Source: a virus (taxonomy: Duplodnaviria; Caudoviricetes). Taken from it: a stretch of DNA of 62,623 bases. The position numbers were made by a program, and so were the translations under genes. The stretch spans positions 1 to 62,623 of the IMG/VR virus record IMGVR_UViG_3300042452_000337; one strand, written 5' to 3'. Shown here one piece after another: positions 1 through 8,661 of the stretch; the stretch's first letter is position 1; every line of letters starts with the position of its first letter. Under the pieces are notes generated by a model. It did not search any database. It saw nothing but the letters and a program-made list of their open reading frames with translations, and was not told the DNA's origin.

Positions 1-99
1 CGTGACGCGGCTGGGGGGGCTCGGGGGTAGGGGGTATCGCGTGCGTTCCATCTATATGCGGCACAACGGGTTCCGTTTCACGCTGTCGACCCCGAGCGT
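1..99. repeat. Terminal direct repeat, copy 1 (circular assembly overlap)
   Basis: Identical to 62525-62623. Confidence 0.95.
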
Positions 100-215
100 G
101 AATCGGCCTGCGGAAACCCCACGAATCCCAGTCCATTCCTCGCTGCGGAGTCTGTCTTTTGTCGGAACGGTGATCGGCGTTCGACCGTCGCTGTGACCGG
201 CTGGAGGGACGAACG

Positions 216-455
216 ATGAACGGCAACATGATCTGCGTCTGGAACGGCTACACGATCTCTTGCAACGTCAACGTCGGCGAGATCGCCGTCTACCACCGGG
301 ACGACATGGAATGGTGCCCGGTGTATCGCGGTCATGGCTACGTTTTGCGTGCCACCTACGCCCGCATCTGCGACATGGCTCGCGAAGGTTCGCAGATCGA
401 CCTGTATCGCTACGGCTGGAACGGTCGCGAGGTCGTGGCGGAGTTCTGGGGCTGA
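216..455 (+). CDS. Hypothetical early protein
   Basis: GGAGGG RBS upstream; bounded by repeat copies. Confidence 0.7.
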   Translation: MNGNMICVWNGYTISCNVNVGEIAVYHRDDMEWCPVYRGHGYVLRATYARICDMAREGSQIDLYRYGWNGREVVAEFWG

Positions 456-536
456 AACGCCCGCTGCGGAGTCTGTTTCTTGTCGGCACCACGTTGGTGC
501 TGGCTGTCCCGTGTTCTCTCACTGAGGGAGTGTTCC

Positions 537-653
537 ATGCGTGAGTTCAACTACTGGTACTGCTACATGCGGCTGTCGGGCTACGACCACTGGGCGGGCC
601 TGTTCCTCGCCATCGAATTGCGTCGCGCTGAGCGCAAGGGCTATCTCGTCTGA
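537..653 (+). CDS. Small hypothetical protein (38 aa, MREFNYWYCY...)
   Basis: GAGGGAG RBS; stop codon directly before repeat at 658; below ORF-track cutoff. Confidence 0.6.
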   Translation: MREFNYWYCYMRLSGYDHWAGLFLAIELRRAERKGYLV

Positions 654-760
654 TTCCCCGCTGCGGAGTCTGGATGTCGGTGGGGCTGAGTGTGACAGCC
701 CCATCCTCACCCGCACTTCGCGGGAATGGTTCGATTGTTTCTTTCTCTGAGGAGGTTCCT

Positions 761-1201
761 ATGTCCACTGCTGACTTCAAGGCCGCTGTTCAACTCGCTG
801 TCGAAACCGCTCTCGGGCTGGTCAAGACCGACAAAGCCCCGCCGGTGCCTGCCGCTGATCCCACCCCAGCCCCCGTGCAGAAGCGCAAGGGCAACCCCGA
901 AGCCCTCAAGCGGTGGCGTGAGGAGCAGAAGGCCGCAAAGGCCGCTGGTACGGCTGCGCCTGCCAAGAAGGCGAAGCCCAAGCCGGAGCCTGTCGCTGCC
1001 ATCAAGGCCGACGCCCCCGCGTGGGTCGTGAAGCCTCACACCACGCAGAAGGGCGTGAAGGGCAAGATCATCAACGTCGGCCCGTTCAATGCGTGGCTGG
1101 CCGATGGCGATGAGGAGAAGCGGGTCGCCATCATCGCCGCCATCAACGGCGTGTTCCGCCACGCCCAGTGCAACGACCTCGTGAAGGCCATCTGCGGCTA
1201 A
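761..1201 (+). CDS. Lys/Ala/Pro-rich hypothetical protein, possibly nucleic-acid binding
   Basis: GAGGAGG RBS before ATG 761; basic low-complexity linker. Confidence 0.75.
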   Translation: MSTADFKAAVQLAVETALGLVKTDKAPPVPAADPTPAPVQKRKGNPEALKRWREEQKAAKAAGTAAPAKKAKPKPEPVAAIKADAPAWVVKPHTTQKGVKGKIINVGPFNAWLADGDEEKRVAIIAAINGVFRHAQCNDLVKAICG

Positions 1202-1278
1202 CCGCTGCGGAGTCTGGGATACGGGGCAGGACTGACACTGCCCCCAATTTTGTTCACACCCAACAGGAGAACGTCGCT

Positions 1279-1527
1279 ATGGCTGGTTTGCCGACATACG
1301 CCCCCGAAGAAGCACCGCAGTGGGTTCACGATGTAGTCGAGAACCTGCAACGTGAGCACGACAATCGCGTTGAGGAATACATCGCTCTTGAGAAGATGCT
1401 GCCCGCTGGCAAGGAGCGTGCGGCCATCCATGTCGCCATCAACGCCCTGCGTGAGAGCGGGCACGGCTACATTGCCGACATTCTCGACGGCTACATCAAG
1501 CGACTCGCCGCCAGCCCGCTCGGCTAA
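1279..1527 (+). CDS. Hypothetical protein
   Basis: AGGAGA RBS; TAA abuts repeat at 1528. Confidence 0.7.
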   Translation: MAGLPTYAPEEAPQWVHDVVENLQREHDNRVEEYIALEKMLPAGKERAAIHVAINALRESGHGYIADILDGYIKRLAASPLG

Positions 1528-1595
1528 CCGCTGCGGAGTCTGACCAGTGAGGGCCGACGACGGCTCGGGCAGGTTCGTAGCCTGCCCCCTCACCT

Positions 1596-1631
1596 ACGCC
1601 CATCGCAACTTCGCGGTGGGCGTTTTTGTTT
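1596..1631 (+). terminator. Intrinsic-terminator-like hairpin plus T tract
   Basis: ACGCCCATCGC-AACTTC-GCGGTGGGCGT-TTTTGTTT. Confidence 0.6.
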
Positions 1632-1654
1632 CCCTTGTGTCAAGGAGTTTTCCC

Positions 1655-1858
1655 ATGATCGTGACGAAGTTTCGCGGCAACGACGGGCGTATGTACCTGC
1701 TCACCAACACGGCATCCATGCCCGTGCCGGTGTTCAACGAGGAGAACGCAGACCACGTGGCGTCTGCGCTCATCGTGCAGGAGATCGCGGACGAGATCGC
1801 CCGCCTGGACAGTGAGCCCCAGCCCGCTGCCCGTGCCCTCCCTGTGTTCGTGAGGTAA
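1655..1858 (+). CDS. Hypothetical protein
   Basis: AAGGAG RBS before ATG 1655. Confidence 0.7.
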   Translation: MIVTKFRGNDGRMYLLTNTASMPVPVFNEENADHVASALIVQEIADEIARLDSEPQPAARALPVFVR

Positions 1859-1860
1859 GC

Positions 1861-2091
1861 ATGAGCAACACGCTCACGAAGCCCACTGTGTTCGCGGTCT
1901 GCCTGACACGGCAGGAGTTGCACGCGGCACGTGCCGTCCTGCGCTTCATGCACGGCCACTCACACGAGGCGGAGTTCTGCCCGTCCCTGTCCATGCACGA
2001 GGCGGACGAAGCCCGTCATGCACTCGGGCGGGCACTGACGAAAGTCCACAACGCCCTGCTCGATGCAGGCGGAGCGGACGACACGAAGTAG
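1861..2091 (+). CDS. Hypothetical protein
   Basis: GAGG RBS; follows previous stop by 2 nt. Confidence 0.65.
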   Translation: MSNTLTKPTVFAVCLTRQELHAARAVLRFMHGHSHEAEFCPSLSMHEADEARHALGRALTKVHNALLDAGGADDTK

Positions 2092-2178
2092 CGGCGGCTT
2101 CCCCGCTGCGGAGTCTTGATTCTGACCGGCGGCACGTTGCCGCTGGCTGTCCCTTGTCCCTAGTTCTGAGGAGTTCCC

Positions 2179-2343
2179 ATGCGCAAGAAGAACCATCTGC
2201 CCCACACCCTGCACTTCATCCGCCTCGACAACGCGGCGAAGCAGTTGGGGGCACAGTCGAAGCGTCAATTCGTGGCCGATCTTCGCACGCTGTCAGACGC
2301 ACAGCGCCGCGAGATGGCTGACCTCGTGAAGAAGGAGGGCTGA
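2179..2343 (+). CDS. Small hypothetical protein (54 aa, MRKKNHLP...)
   Basis: GAGGAG RBS; open frame to TGA 2341-2343. Confidence 0.6.
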   Translation: MRKKNHLPHTLHFIRLDNAAKQLGAQSKRQFVADLRTLSDAQRREMADLVKKEG

Positions 2344-2346
2344 TAC

Positions 2347-2577
2347 ATGGAGTGGGTCAAGTGCAACGACAGGCTCCCGGTTCCTGAGCCGGGAATGAAC
2401 GACGCGCTGGTTCTTGCGTTCGCAGAGGGACGCACGTACGCCATGCACTACTACCCGCCGTTCGATGGCTTGCCGGGCGCGTGGGCGTGCGCGCAGGGCG
2501 ATGGCTGGGGTGTTCCAAGTCATCGCGTCACGCACTGGATGCCCATGCCTGCACCTCCCGCTGCGGAGTCTGCGTGA
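2347..2577 (+). CDS. DUF551-like phage protein
   Basis: MEWVKCNDRLP...VTHWMPMPAPP signature. Confidence 0.75.
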   Translation: MEWVKCNDRLPVPEPGMNDALVLAFAEGRTYAMHYYPPFDGLPGAWACAQGDGWGVPSHRVTHWMPMPAPPAAESA

Positions 2578-2702
2578 TGGGCAACAAGTGGAACGACCAG
2601 TGGTGGTCACTGGTCAAGGCCGAACGCATCAAGGAGGAGCAACGTCTGCGGGTGGTTCGCAAGAGCAAGCGAGCCACCCGACGCAAGCAGAAGCAGCGGT
2701 GA
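2577..2702 (+). CDS. Small basic protein
   Basis: TGATG coupling to previous gene; Arg/Lys-rich C-terminus. Confidence 0.5.
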   Translation: MGNKWNDQWWSLVKAERIKEEQRLRVVRKSKRATRRKQKQR

Positions 2703-2731
2703 AGTAGCCGCTGCGGAGTCTGGTTTTCGGC

Positions 2732-2766
2732 AAGGCCATCCCACTTCGGGGTGGCCTTTTCTTTTT
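2732..2766 (+). terminator. Intrinsic-terminator-like hairpin plus T tract
   Basis: AAGGCCATCCC-ACTTC-GGGGTGGCCTT-TTCTTTTT. Confidence 0.65.
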
Positions 2767-2784
2767 CACTGAGGAGATGGGCAC

Positions 2785-4116
2785 ATGCCTACCAATGAGG
2801 ACACTGGCACTCTTGCGGATCGCCTTCTGTCGGAGGTGCCGCAGCACGACGCGAACGGGTTTGCTATCGCTCACCCCTACTTGCATCGTGAAACCAACAC
2901 GCTGTACGGGCCCGATGGATTCAACATCGACGGCTTCAATCTGTCCGGGTTTGACAGGGAAGGGTACGACGAGCGCGGGTTCAACGAAAACAACCTGCAT
3001 CGTGAGACAGGCACGCACTACCACCCCGTCGATCACCTGACATGGGATCGCGGACGATACAGCGAGGACAACAACGACCTCGACTGGCGTGGCCGTGACC
3101 GCTGCGACAACGGCGAGTGCGAGGACATGGAATGTGAGTCCTGCAACCCGCCGGATGACGACGAGGAGCCCGTCGATGCGTCTTTCAACGACCGACTCGA
3201 CTCATACGGCGAGAAAGCACCCCGCAAGTTGGGCTGGTCTGACCACAGCCATCGCACGTTCGACGGCGAGTACGTGGCAGACCGCACGCTCTATGCGGGC
3301 CACGAGATCGAGATGTATGCGGACGACGAGGACTACAGCAGCGTCGAGCACGTTCTCGACCAACTCAACTCCGCGTACCGCAACTTCAAGCCGCAGACGC
3401 GGACGCTACGTTGCGCCATCGCCAAGTACGACGGCTCGCTTGAATACAAAGACGGCGGCTTCGAGGCGGTGACTGTTCCGCTCACACGCGAGCAGACCTA
3501 CGGAATCTTCGGGTCGTTTCGCGTACTGGGTGGCGGCTCCTGCTCGGCGTGGGACTGCGGCCCTGAGGTCGGCCATCACATCCACCTGTCACGTGCAGCG
3601 ATAGGCCCGCTGACGCTTGGCAAGTTGCTTGTGTTCGCCAACGTCGAGTGCAACCAGTTGTTCATCGAGCGGGTGGCCGGGCGCAAGGCGGACTACAACA
3701 CGTTCGCTTCCAAGAAACTGACCGATGCCATGCACGACAGACCCAATGCGGACAGGCACGAGGTCATCAACGTGACGAATCACACCGTCGAGTTCCGCAT
3801 GTTCAAATCCAACCTGCTCAGTCGTGGCATCCTCAAGAACTACGAGTTCGCCGTGTCGCTTGTGCGGTACTGCGAGCAAGTGGACTACGGCAACGGCGAG
3901 GAGCCGGAAGATAGCGACCACCCGCTGCACTACCTGTCGTACCGGCGGTGGCTTGCGGCCAAGCACGCAGAGTACCCGTACCTGCACCAGTTCTTCCTGT
4001 CTCACGGGAGCATGGCCCGCAACTACCGCCAGCACGCGGGCCTCGCCAAGAACGCTGTCCCAACCGAACGCAGCCCGAAGTTCGCCCTCATCCGGACGTC
4101 GGCTATCGGTGCCTGA
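2785..4116 (+). CDS. Putative amidoligase (COOH-NH2 ligase, glutamine-synthetase-like fold) with N-terminal GF/YD repeats
   Basis: GHEIE, DGSL..GFEAVTVP, GHHIHLS and TVEFRMF motifs; adjacent glutamine amidotransferase. Confidence 0.75.
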   Translation: MPTNEDTGTLADRLLSEVPQHDANGFAIAHPYLHRETNTLYGPDGFNIDGFNLSGFDREGYDERGFNENNLHRETGTHYHPVDHLTWDRGRYSEDNNDLDWRGRDRCDNGECEDMECESCNPPDDDEEPVDASFNDRLDSYGEKAPRKLGWSDHSHRTFDGEYVADRTLYAGHEIEMYADDEDYSSVEHVLDQLNSAYRNFKPQTRTLRCAIAKYDGSLEYKDGGFEAVTVPLTREQTYGIFGSFRVLGGGSCSAWDCGPEVGHHIHLSRAAIGPLTLGKLLVFANVECNQLFIERVAGRKADYNTFASKKLTDAMHDRPNADRHEVINVTNHTVEFRMFKSNLLSRGILKNYEFAVSLVRYCEQVDYGNGEEPEDSDHPLHYLSYRRWLAAKHAEYPYLHQFFLSHGSMARNYRQHAGLAKNAVPTERSPKFALIRTSAIGA

Positions 4117-4159
4117 CTTTTCATTCCCATTCATCATTCACACACAGGAGACACACGCT

Positions 4160-4990
4160 ATGTGCCTTGCAATCTACAAGCCCGCCACCACCGCCGCCGA
4201 CTGGGACGCCTACGCGGCGGGCCACAACTCCAACGCCCACTCATGGGGTTTCGCCGCCGTCGTTGACGGCCAACTCGTCACGCGATGCGGCATCGGTACG
4301 TTCGCAGAGTTCAAGCAGGCGTTCGAGCCTTACGCTGACAAGCAGGCCATCATCCACTTCCGATGGGCCACGCACGGCAGCAAGACGGAGGCCAACTGCC
4401 ACCCGTTCCTTGTGAGCGACGACCTCGCCGTCATTCACAACGGCATCATCCACATCGAGTGCAGCGTCCACTCCGACCGCTCGGACACGTGGCACTTCAA
4501 CGAGTTGGTGCTGCGGCCCATGCACTCACGCGATCCGGACTTCTACTCCCGGCCCGATGTGATCTACACGATGGAGCAGGCACACGGGGGCAACAAGTTC
4601 GTGTTCCTGCGTGCGGACGGGGACTGCGGAATCTGGAACGCCGACGCTGGCAAGTGGGAGTCCGACGGCCACTGGTATTCCAACAGTGACTACAAGGGAT
4701 ACAGCATCGGCTATCGCTGGGCCCGCCAGTCCACGCCCGCCGTCACGGCGGAGCCCCGCTGGTGGGAGGCCGACGAGGGAAAGTTCCAGTACGACGAGGA
4801 CACGCTCGGCGGCACCGCCTCCGCAACCATCGACATCGAGGCCGACGACGACGAGATGGATGACGCGATGGAGTACACCGACCTTCGGCTGTACGACCTT
4901 CGCATGTACGGGTTCAGTCGCAAGACCCTGACCGAAGTGTTCGAGTTGACGGGTCACTTGGGGATCGAGGCACTGCACGACGCTATCTAG
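4160..4990 (+). CDS. Class II (Ntn) glutamine amidotransferase
   Basis: N-terminal M-C nucleophile; HFRWATHG, HPF, HNGII, SDT motifs; CAGGAG RBS. Confidence 0.85.
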   Translation: MCLAIYKPATTAADWDAYAAGHNSNAHSWGFAAVVDGQLVTRCGIGTFAEFKQAFEPYADKQAIIHFRWATHGSKTEANCHPFLVSDDLAVIHNGIIHIECSVHSDRSDTWHFNELVLRPMHSRDPDFYSRPDVIYTMEQAHGGNKFVFLRADGDCGIWNADAGKWESDGHWYSNSDYKGYSIGYRWARQSTPAVTAEPRWWEADEGKFQYDEDTLGGTASATIDIEADDDEMDDAMEYTDLRLYDLRMYGFSRKTLTEVFELTGHLGIEALHDAI

Positions 4991-4999
4991 GAGGGAAGC

Positions 5000-5224
5000 A
5001 TGAACGCTTTCTGGTTTCACTACAACAAGCCGCTGTCTCAGCAGCGGGGGCAACCGACGATGACGTTGCATCACAAGGGTGCGTGCGTGTTCGTGCGCCG
5101 CATCGTGTGCAACGTCCCAACCCACAGCCGTGAGCGAACCCGCCAGCCACGCATGGTCATTGCCGGTGTCGGCAACGTGCGTATCTCGGGCGACACGGCG
5201 TACATCACAGGAGATAAGGCATGA
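5000..5224 (+). CDS. Hypothetical protein
   Basis: GGAGGG RBS; tight operon packing. Confidence 0.7.
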   Translation: MNAFWFHYNKPLSQQRGQPTMTLHHKGACVFVRRIVCNVPTHSRERTRQPRMVIAGVGNVRISGDTAYITGDKA

Positions 5225-5556
5225 GTACCACGATCAGTCACGTTGATGCGGTGCGGCAGGCAGTCCGCAACTTCAAGCAGGTGCAGCAAGAGCATCGTGA
5301 GTTCGGGGCGTGCGACACGGAGCCGGACGGACAGTTCCAAGTGCGCATGCACCGTGCAGCACACGGGCTGAGGCCCACCTCCCCGCAGGGGTGCGCCGGA
5401 TGGGAACTATTCAGCGGCATGAAGGGCGTCCGCTCTGCCGCAAGCAGGCTCACCGCTGCCTGTGATGCGGTCATCAAGGCCATCGAATCCTGCCCGACCG
5501 GCGAGCGGGACGAACTGATGGCGTACGTCCGCGACTACTGCTGGCGAGTGTACTGA
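5221..5556 (+). CDS. Hypothetical protein
   Basis: ATGA overlap; AGGAGA RBS. Confidence 0.7.
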   Translation: MSTTISHVDAVRQAVRNFKQVQQEHREFGACDTEPDGQFQVRMHRAAHGLRPTSPQGCAGWELFSGMKGVRSAASRLTAACDAVIKAIESCPTGERDELMAYVRDYCWRVY

Positions 5557-5584
5557 CCACCGCTGCGGAGTCTGGTTGATAGCG

Positions 5585-5619
5585 GCCGGTGGCATGGTGC
5601 CATCGGCTTTCTCTTTTTC
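5585..5619 (+). terminator. Intrinsic-terminator-like hairpin plus T tract
   Basis: GCCGGTGGCA-TGG-TGCCATCGGC-TTTCTCTTTTT. Confidence 0.6.
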
Positions 5620-5630
5620 TGGAGGTTCAC

Positions 5631-6341
5631 ATGAAGATTCCTCAGTTCATCAAGCAACTCGTGAAGGTGTGCGACCACGAGTCCAGTCGCTACGCACTGG
5701 GTGGTATCAAGTGCGAGAGCGATGGCACCACCGCCAAACTCACGGCTACGGACGGTCGCATCCTCGCCTCCGTCCACTACCCGGACGATGACAAGCCGGT
5801 GGATGTGATCGTGGAGACACGGGAACTAGCCCGTGCCCCGTCCGTACTGTGGAAGAAGGGGCCACCGCCTCGCTTCGACGGCAAGGCTTTGTGCGTGGGC
5901 AAAGACAGCACGCCCATCGACACAGTGGACGGCAGGTTCCCCAAGTACGAGTCCATCTTCACCATCCACGACCAGCCCGATGGGTACGTGGCGGTGAACT
6001 TGGACGCTGCCCTGCTTGCCAAGTTGTGCGCCCTGTCGCACGCCATGAACGACGACCAGCACAAGGGCAAGGGCATCACGCTGTTCGTGAAGGACGCTAC
6101 CTCCTGCGTGTTCGCAACCACCAAGAGCGAGGACGGCAAGCACGTTGCCCGCCTCGCCATCATGCCACTGGCTGCGGACGAGGAGGGATACAAGCACGTT
6201 TTCCCGGCTCGTCCCGGTGCGGAGTCTGAGGATCGGGAGCCAGCCCCGCCGCCGGAAGTTCTTGACGACGACGCCATCGCTGAGGCGGTGACTCGCGAGC
6301 CGGAGCCCATCGGGGAATACGGCACGCTCGCCCCCGTCTGA
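5631..6341 (+). CDS. DNA polymerase III beta-clamp-like protein (partial)
   Basis: SRYALGGI, ATDGRILA and GRFPKYESI resemble DnaN central/C-terminal motifs; GGAGG RBS. Confidence 0.65.
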   Translation: MKIPQFIKQLVKVCDHESSRYALGGIKCESDGTTAKLTATDGRILASVHYPDDDKPVDVIVETRELARAPSVLWKKGPPPRFDGKALCVGKDSTPIDTVDGRFPKYESIFTIHDQPDGYVAVNLDAALLAKLCALSHAMNDDQHKGKGITLFVKDATSCVFATTKSEDGKHVARLAIMPLAADEEGYKHVFPARPGAESEDREPAPPPEVLDDDAIAEAVTREPEPIGEYGTLAPV

Positions 6342-6366
6342 CTGTCACTACAAGGAGGGCAACTCA

Positions 6367-6462
6367 ATGTCACACGGATGGACACACACGGAGATCGAAC
6401 TGTTCCTGCTCATGGCACTGGTGCTGATGAAGGCACTGGTGGTGTGGGCCAAACTCGACTGA
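6367..6462 (+). CDS. Small membrane peptide (31 aa)
   Basis: AAGGAGG RBS; hydrophobic stretch LFLLMALVLMKALVVW. Confidence 0.5.
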   Translation: MSHGWTHTEIELFLLMALVLMKALVVWAKLD

Positions 6463-6474
6463 AAGGAAACGAAC

Positions 6475-6759
6475 ATGGCTCGTGTTCTTGACGACATCGT
6501 GCATTACTTCAAGCAGCGTGGAGTGGACATACTCGCCACGAAAAAGAACCTCTACACGCTCTGCCTCGACCACTGCGACAGCGTGTATGAGTCGCTGCAA
6601 GCACGCTCGTACCCCAAGCCCGACCTCATCCGCTCGGTGATCGAGGCGGAGCAGCACGTGCTGATGCTTGAGGAGGAACTGCGGGAGGCGTGGGCTGACA
6701 AGCGTCGCCTCATGCAGCAACTCGCCGCCGCCCTCAAGAAGGAGGAGTCCAATGCATGA
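6475..6759 (+). CDS. Hypothetical coiled-coil protein
   Basis: AAGGA RBS; helical charged C-terminus. Confidence 0.7.
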   Translation: MARVLDDIVHYFKQRGVDILATKKNLYTLCLDHCDSVYESLQARSYPKPDLIRSVIEAEQHVLMLEEELREAWADKRRLMQQLAAALKKEESNA

Positions 6760-7120
6760 CCTCACCCCACGTGAGCGAGAGATTCTCACGCTCATCGCCC
6801 GCTCGATAGAAGCCAACGGCTACCAGCCCACGTACCGGGACATCGCCCGGCACTTGGGGTGGGCAAGTCTCGGCTACCTCCACCACCTCTCCCGCTCACT
6901 CACCCGCAAGGGCGTGGTGACCGTGAACGGGGCGAGGGCGTGGTCGTTTGATTGGAAGTCCTACCTCACACAGGAGAAAAAGCATGACGCTCGCAGAACT
7001 GATGGAACTGTTGCGGCCCGTAGCACCCGACGCAATGTACGACGAGGACGGGGAGGGGCAGGTGATCGTGTTCACGGGACTCCTCCTCGAACCCGACGCC
7101 GACTGGCAGCGGCCCGCTGA
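6752..7120 (+). CDS. LexA-type winged-helix DNA-binding protein without peptidase domain
   Basis: LTPREREIL...GYQPTYRDIARHLG...L.RKG matches the LexA N-domain pattern. Confidence 0.75.
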   Translation: MHDLTPREREILTLIARSIEANGYQPTYRDIARHLGWASLGYLHHLSRSLTRKGVVTVNGARAWSFDWKSYLTQEKKHDARRTDGTVAARSTRRNVRRGRGGAGDRVHGTPPRTRRRLAAAR

Positions 7121-7148
7121 TTGTGACCTTACCCACTACTCAATGTAG
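6984..7148 (+). CDS. Hypothetical protein overlapping the LexA-like C-terminus
   Basis: CAGGAG RBS before ATG 6984. Confidence 0.5.
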   Translation: MTLAELMELLRPVAPDAMYDEDGEGQVIVFTGLLLEPDADWQRPADCDLTHYSM

Positions 7149-7156
7149 GTGTACCT

Positions 7157-7348
7157 ATGTATACTCTCGACCATCGTCCGATCCCCACTGCGTCCCTCAC
7201 CCTCAGCCCACGCGAACTCGAACTCATCGAAATCTCCCTGCGAGATTCCGCTGCGGAGTCTGAGGAGTGTGGCGAAGGGCAGGCGGTGGAGTTCACCGTT
7301 CTGCTACGCAAGTTCGTGAAGGCGCACGCCTCACTCATCACCCACTAA
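7157..7348 (+). CDS. Hypothetical protein
   Basis: ORF in operon; contains repeat copy 7248. Confidence 0.6.
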   Translation: MYTLDHRPIPTASLTLSPRELELIEISLRDSAAESEECGEGQAVEFTVLLRKFVKAHASLITH

Positions 7349-7358
7349 GGAGGTTCCC

Positions 7359-8225
7359 ATGACCGACGCTATCTCAATCGGTGCCCGCTCTGGCGGTGTC
7401 TGCATCCTCAATGCGGCGACCGCTCGGCGTGACACCGTGTTCGCTGCGGCCGATGCGGTTGGCTGCGGCAGGTACGTGCCTGCCCAGCCAGCCACTACCA
7501 CCACCCTCTCGATTGCCATGAAGGCGGTGGGCCGCACGCTGTATGGCAAGAAGCGCAAGCAGCCGATCAGTACCCGTCACATCGACGGCGACTCGTTCGA
7601 GTGCGTGCGTGTCGTGCCGTCGAGCGACCGCAACGACTACGTTCACCTGTTCTCTGCCCGGATCGACCGGGACTGGAACGTGAAGGTACTGGCACACAAC
7701 CACGACCAGCAATCGTGGACGCTGGATGCCGCACTCAGCAGTGCGGTCGTGACCATGCGTGACTTCCTGCCGTCGCCCATCGTGTCGCAGGTGGCGGTCA
7801 AGATGCTCACCTCATGGAAGGGTGTGCTGCTCAAAGACGACGGCGGTGTGTGGTTCCTTGCCGACGAGCATCTCGACAAGTACCGCACGTTCGCCGCTGG
7901 CCTGCGACAGAACGGCAGTAGCCCGAACTTCACACTCACCACCTTCCCCATCGACGCCAACCCTGACACGGTGGCACACGTGATCCAGAAGGTGCGTGAC
8001 ACGGTGAACGAGGGCGTCCAGCAGATCATGCAGGATGTGCTGGAGGCAGGCGGCGGGATGAACGACCGCTCGATCAACGTCCGCCTGTCCCGTGCCAACA
8101 AACTGCTCGCCCTCGTGGAGCAGTACCAGTCCCTCACCGGCATCGCTATGCCGGAACTGACCGATGCAATCGAGCAGTGCAAGCAGGCGGTTGCGGTCAA
8201 CCGTCTCCTCGCTGCTTCTGTCTGA
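7359..8225 (+). CDS. Hypothetical protein (288 aa) upstream of the AAA/VWA pair
   Basis: AAGGAGG RBS; long ORF. Confidence 0.8.
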   Translation: MTDAISIGARSGGVCILNAATARRDTVFAAADAVGCGRYVPAQPATTTTLSIAMKAVGRTLYGKKRKQPISTRHIDGDSFECVRVVPSSDRNDYVHLFSARIDRDWNVKVLAHNHDQQSWTLDAALSSAVVTMRDFLPSPIVSQVAVKMLTSWKGVLLKDDGGVWFLADEHLDKYRTFAAGLRQNGSSPNFTLTTFPIDANPDTVAHVIQKVRDTVNEGVQQIMQDVLEAGGGMNDRSINVRLSRANKLLALVEQYQSLTGIAMPELTDAIEQCKQAVAVNRLLAASV

Positions 8226-8253
8226 TCCCAACCCCACTGAAAGGAACTCAGTC

Positions 8254-8661
8254 ATGGCTATCAAGTACGACGTTGAGCAGTTCGTCAAGGAGTACACGGA
8301 GGCGGCTGCGGCTGGCCTGTCCACCAAAGAGTTGGCTGCGTTGATCGGCATTACGCAGTCCTCCCTGTGGTCGCGAGTTGATCGGTGCCGTCGCTTCGGC
8401 ATCGACCTTCCCGTGCTGCGTGGCGGACACAAACTCCCGCCCGCCACACGGGCTGCGAAGAAGGCGAAGTATCGCCGCACTCGCACCCGCAAACTGCGGA
8501 AGGCTGGGGCTGTGTCCGCCACGCCCAAGCCGCAGCCCGCAGCCAGCCTGCCCCACCCCGACATCGAGGCGTTGTCGGAGCGGGTGGCGGACAAGGTGTA
8601 CGACCGGCTGCGTGAGACGCTCCGGTTCCAGTTCTTCGTCGGCCCCGAAATCCCGGCCTAA
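8254..8661 (+). CDS. Putative HTH DNA-binding protein with basic tail
   Basis: STKELAALIGITQSSLWSRV HTH-like segment; AAGGA RBS. Confidence 0.6.
   Translation: MAIKYDVEQFVKEYTEAAAAGLSTKELAALIGITQSSLWSRVDRCRRFGIDLPVLRGGHKLPPATRAAKKAKYRRTRTRKLRKAGAVSATPKPQPAASLPHPDIEALSERVADKVYDRLRETLRFQFFVGPEIPA

Noticed and set aside
1-99. 99-bp terminal repeat as a biological DTR
   Set aside because: The length matches a common assembler k-mer overlap, so it more simply reflects circular assembly.
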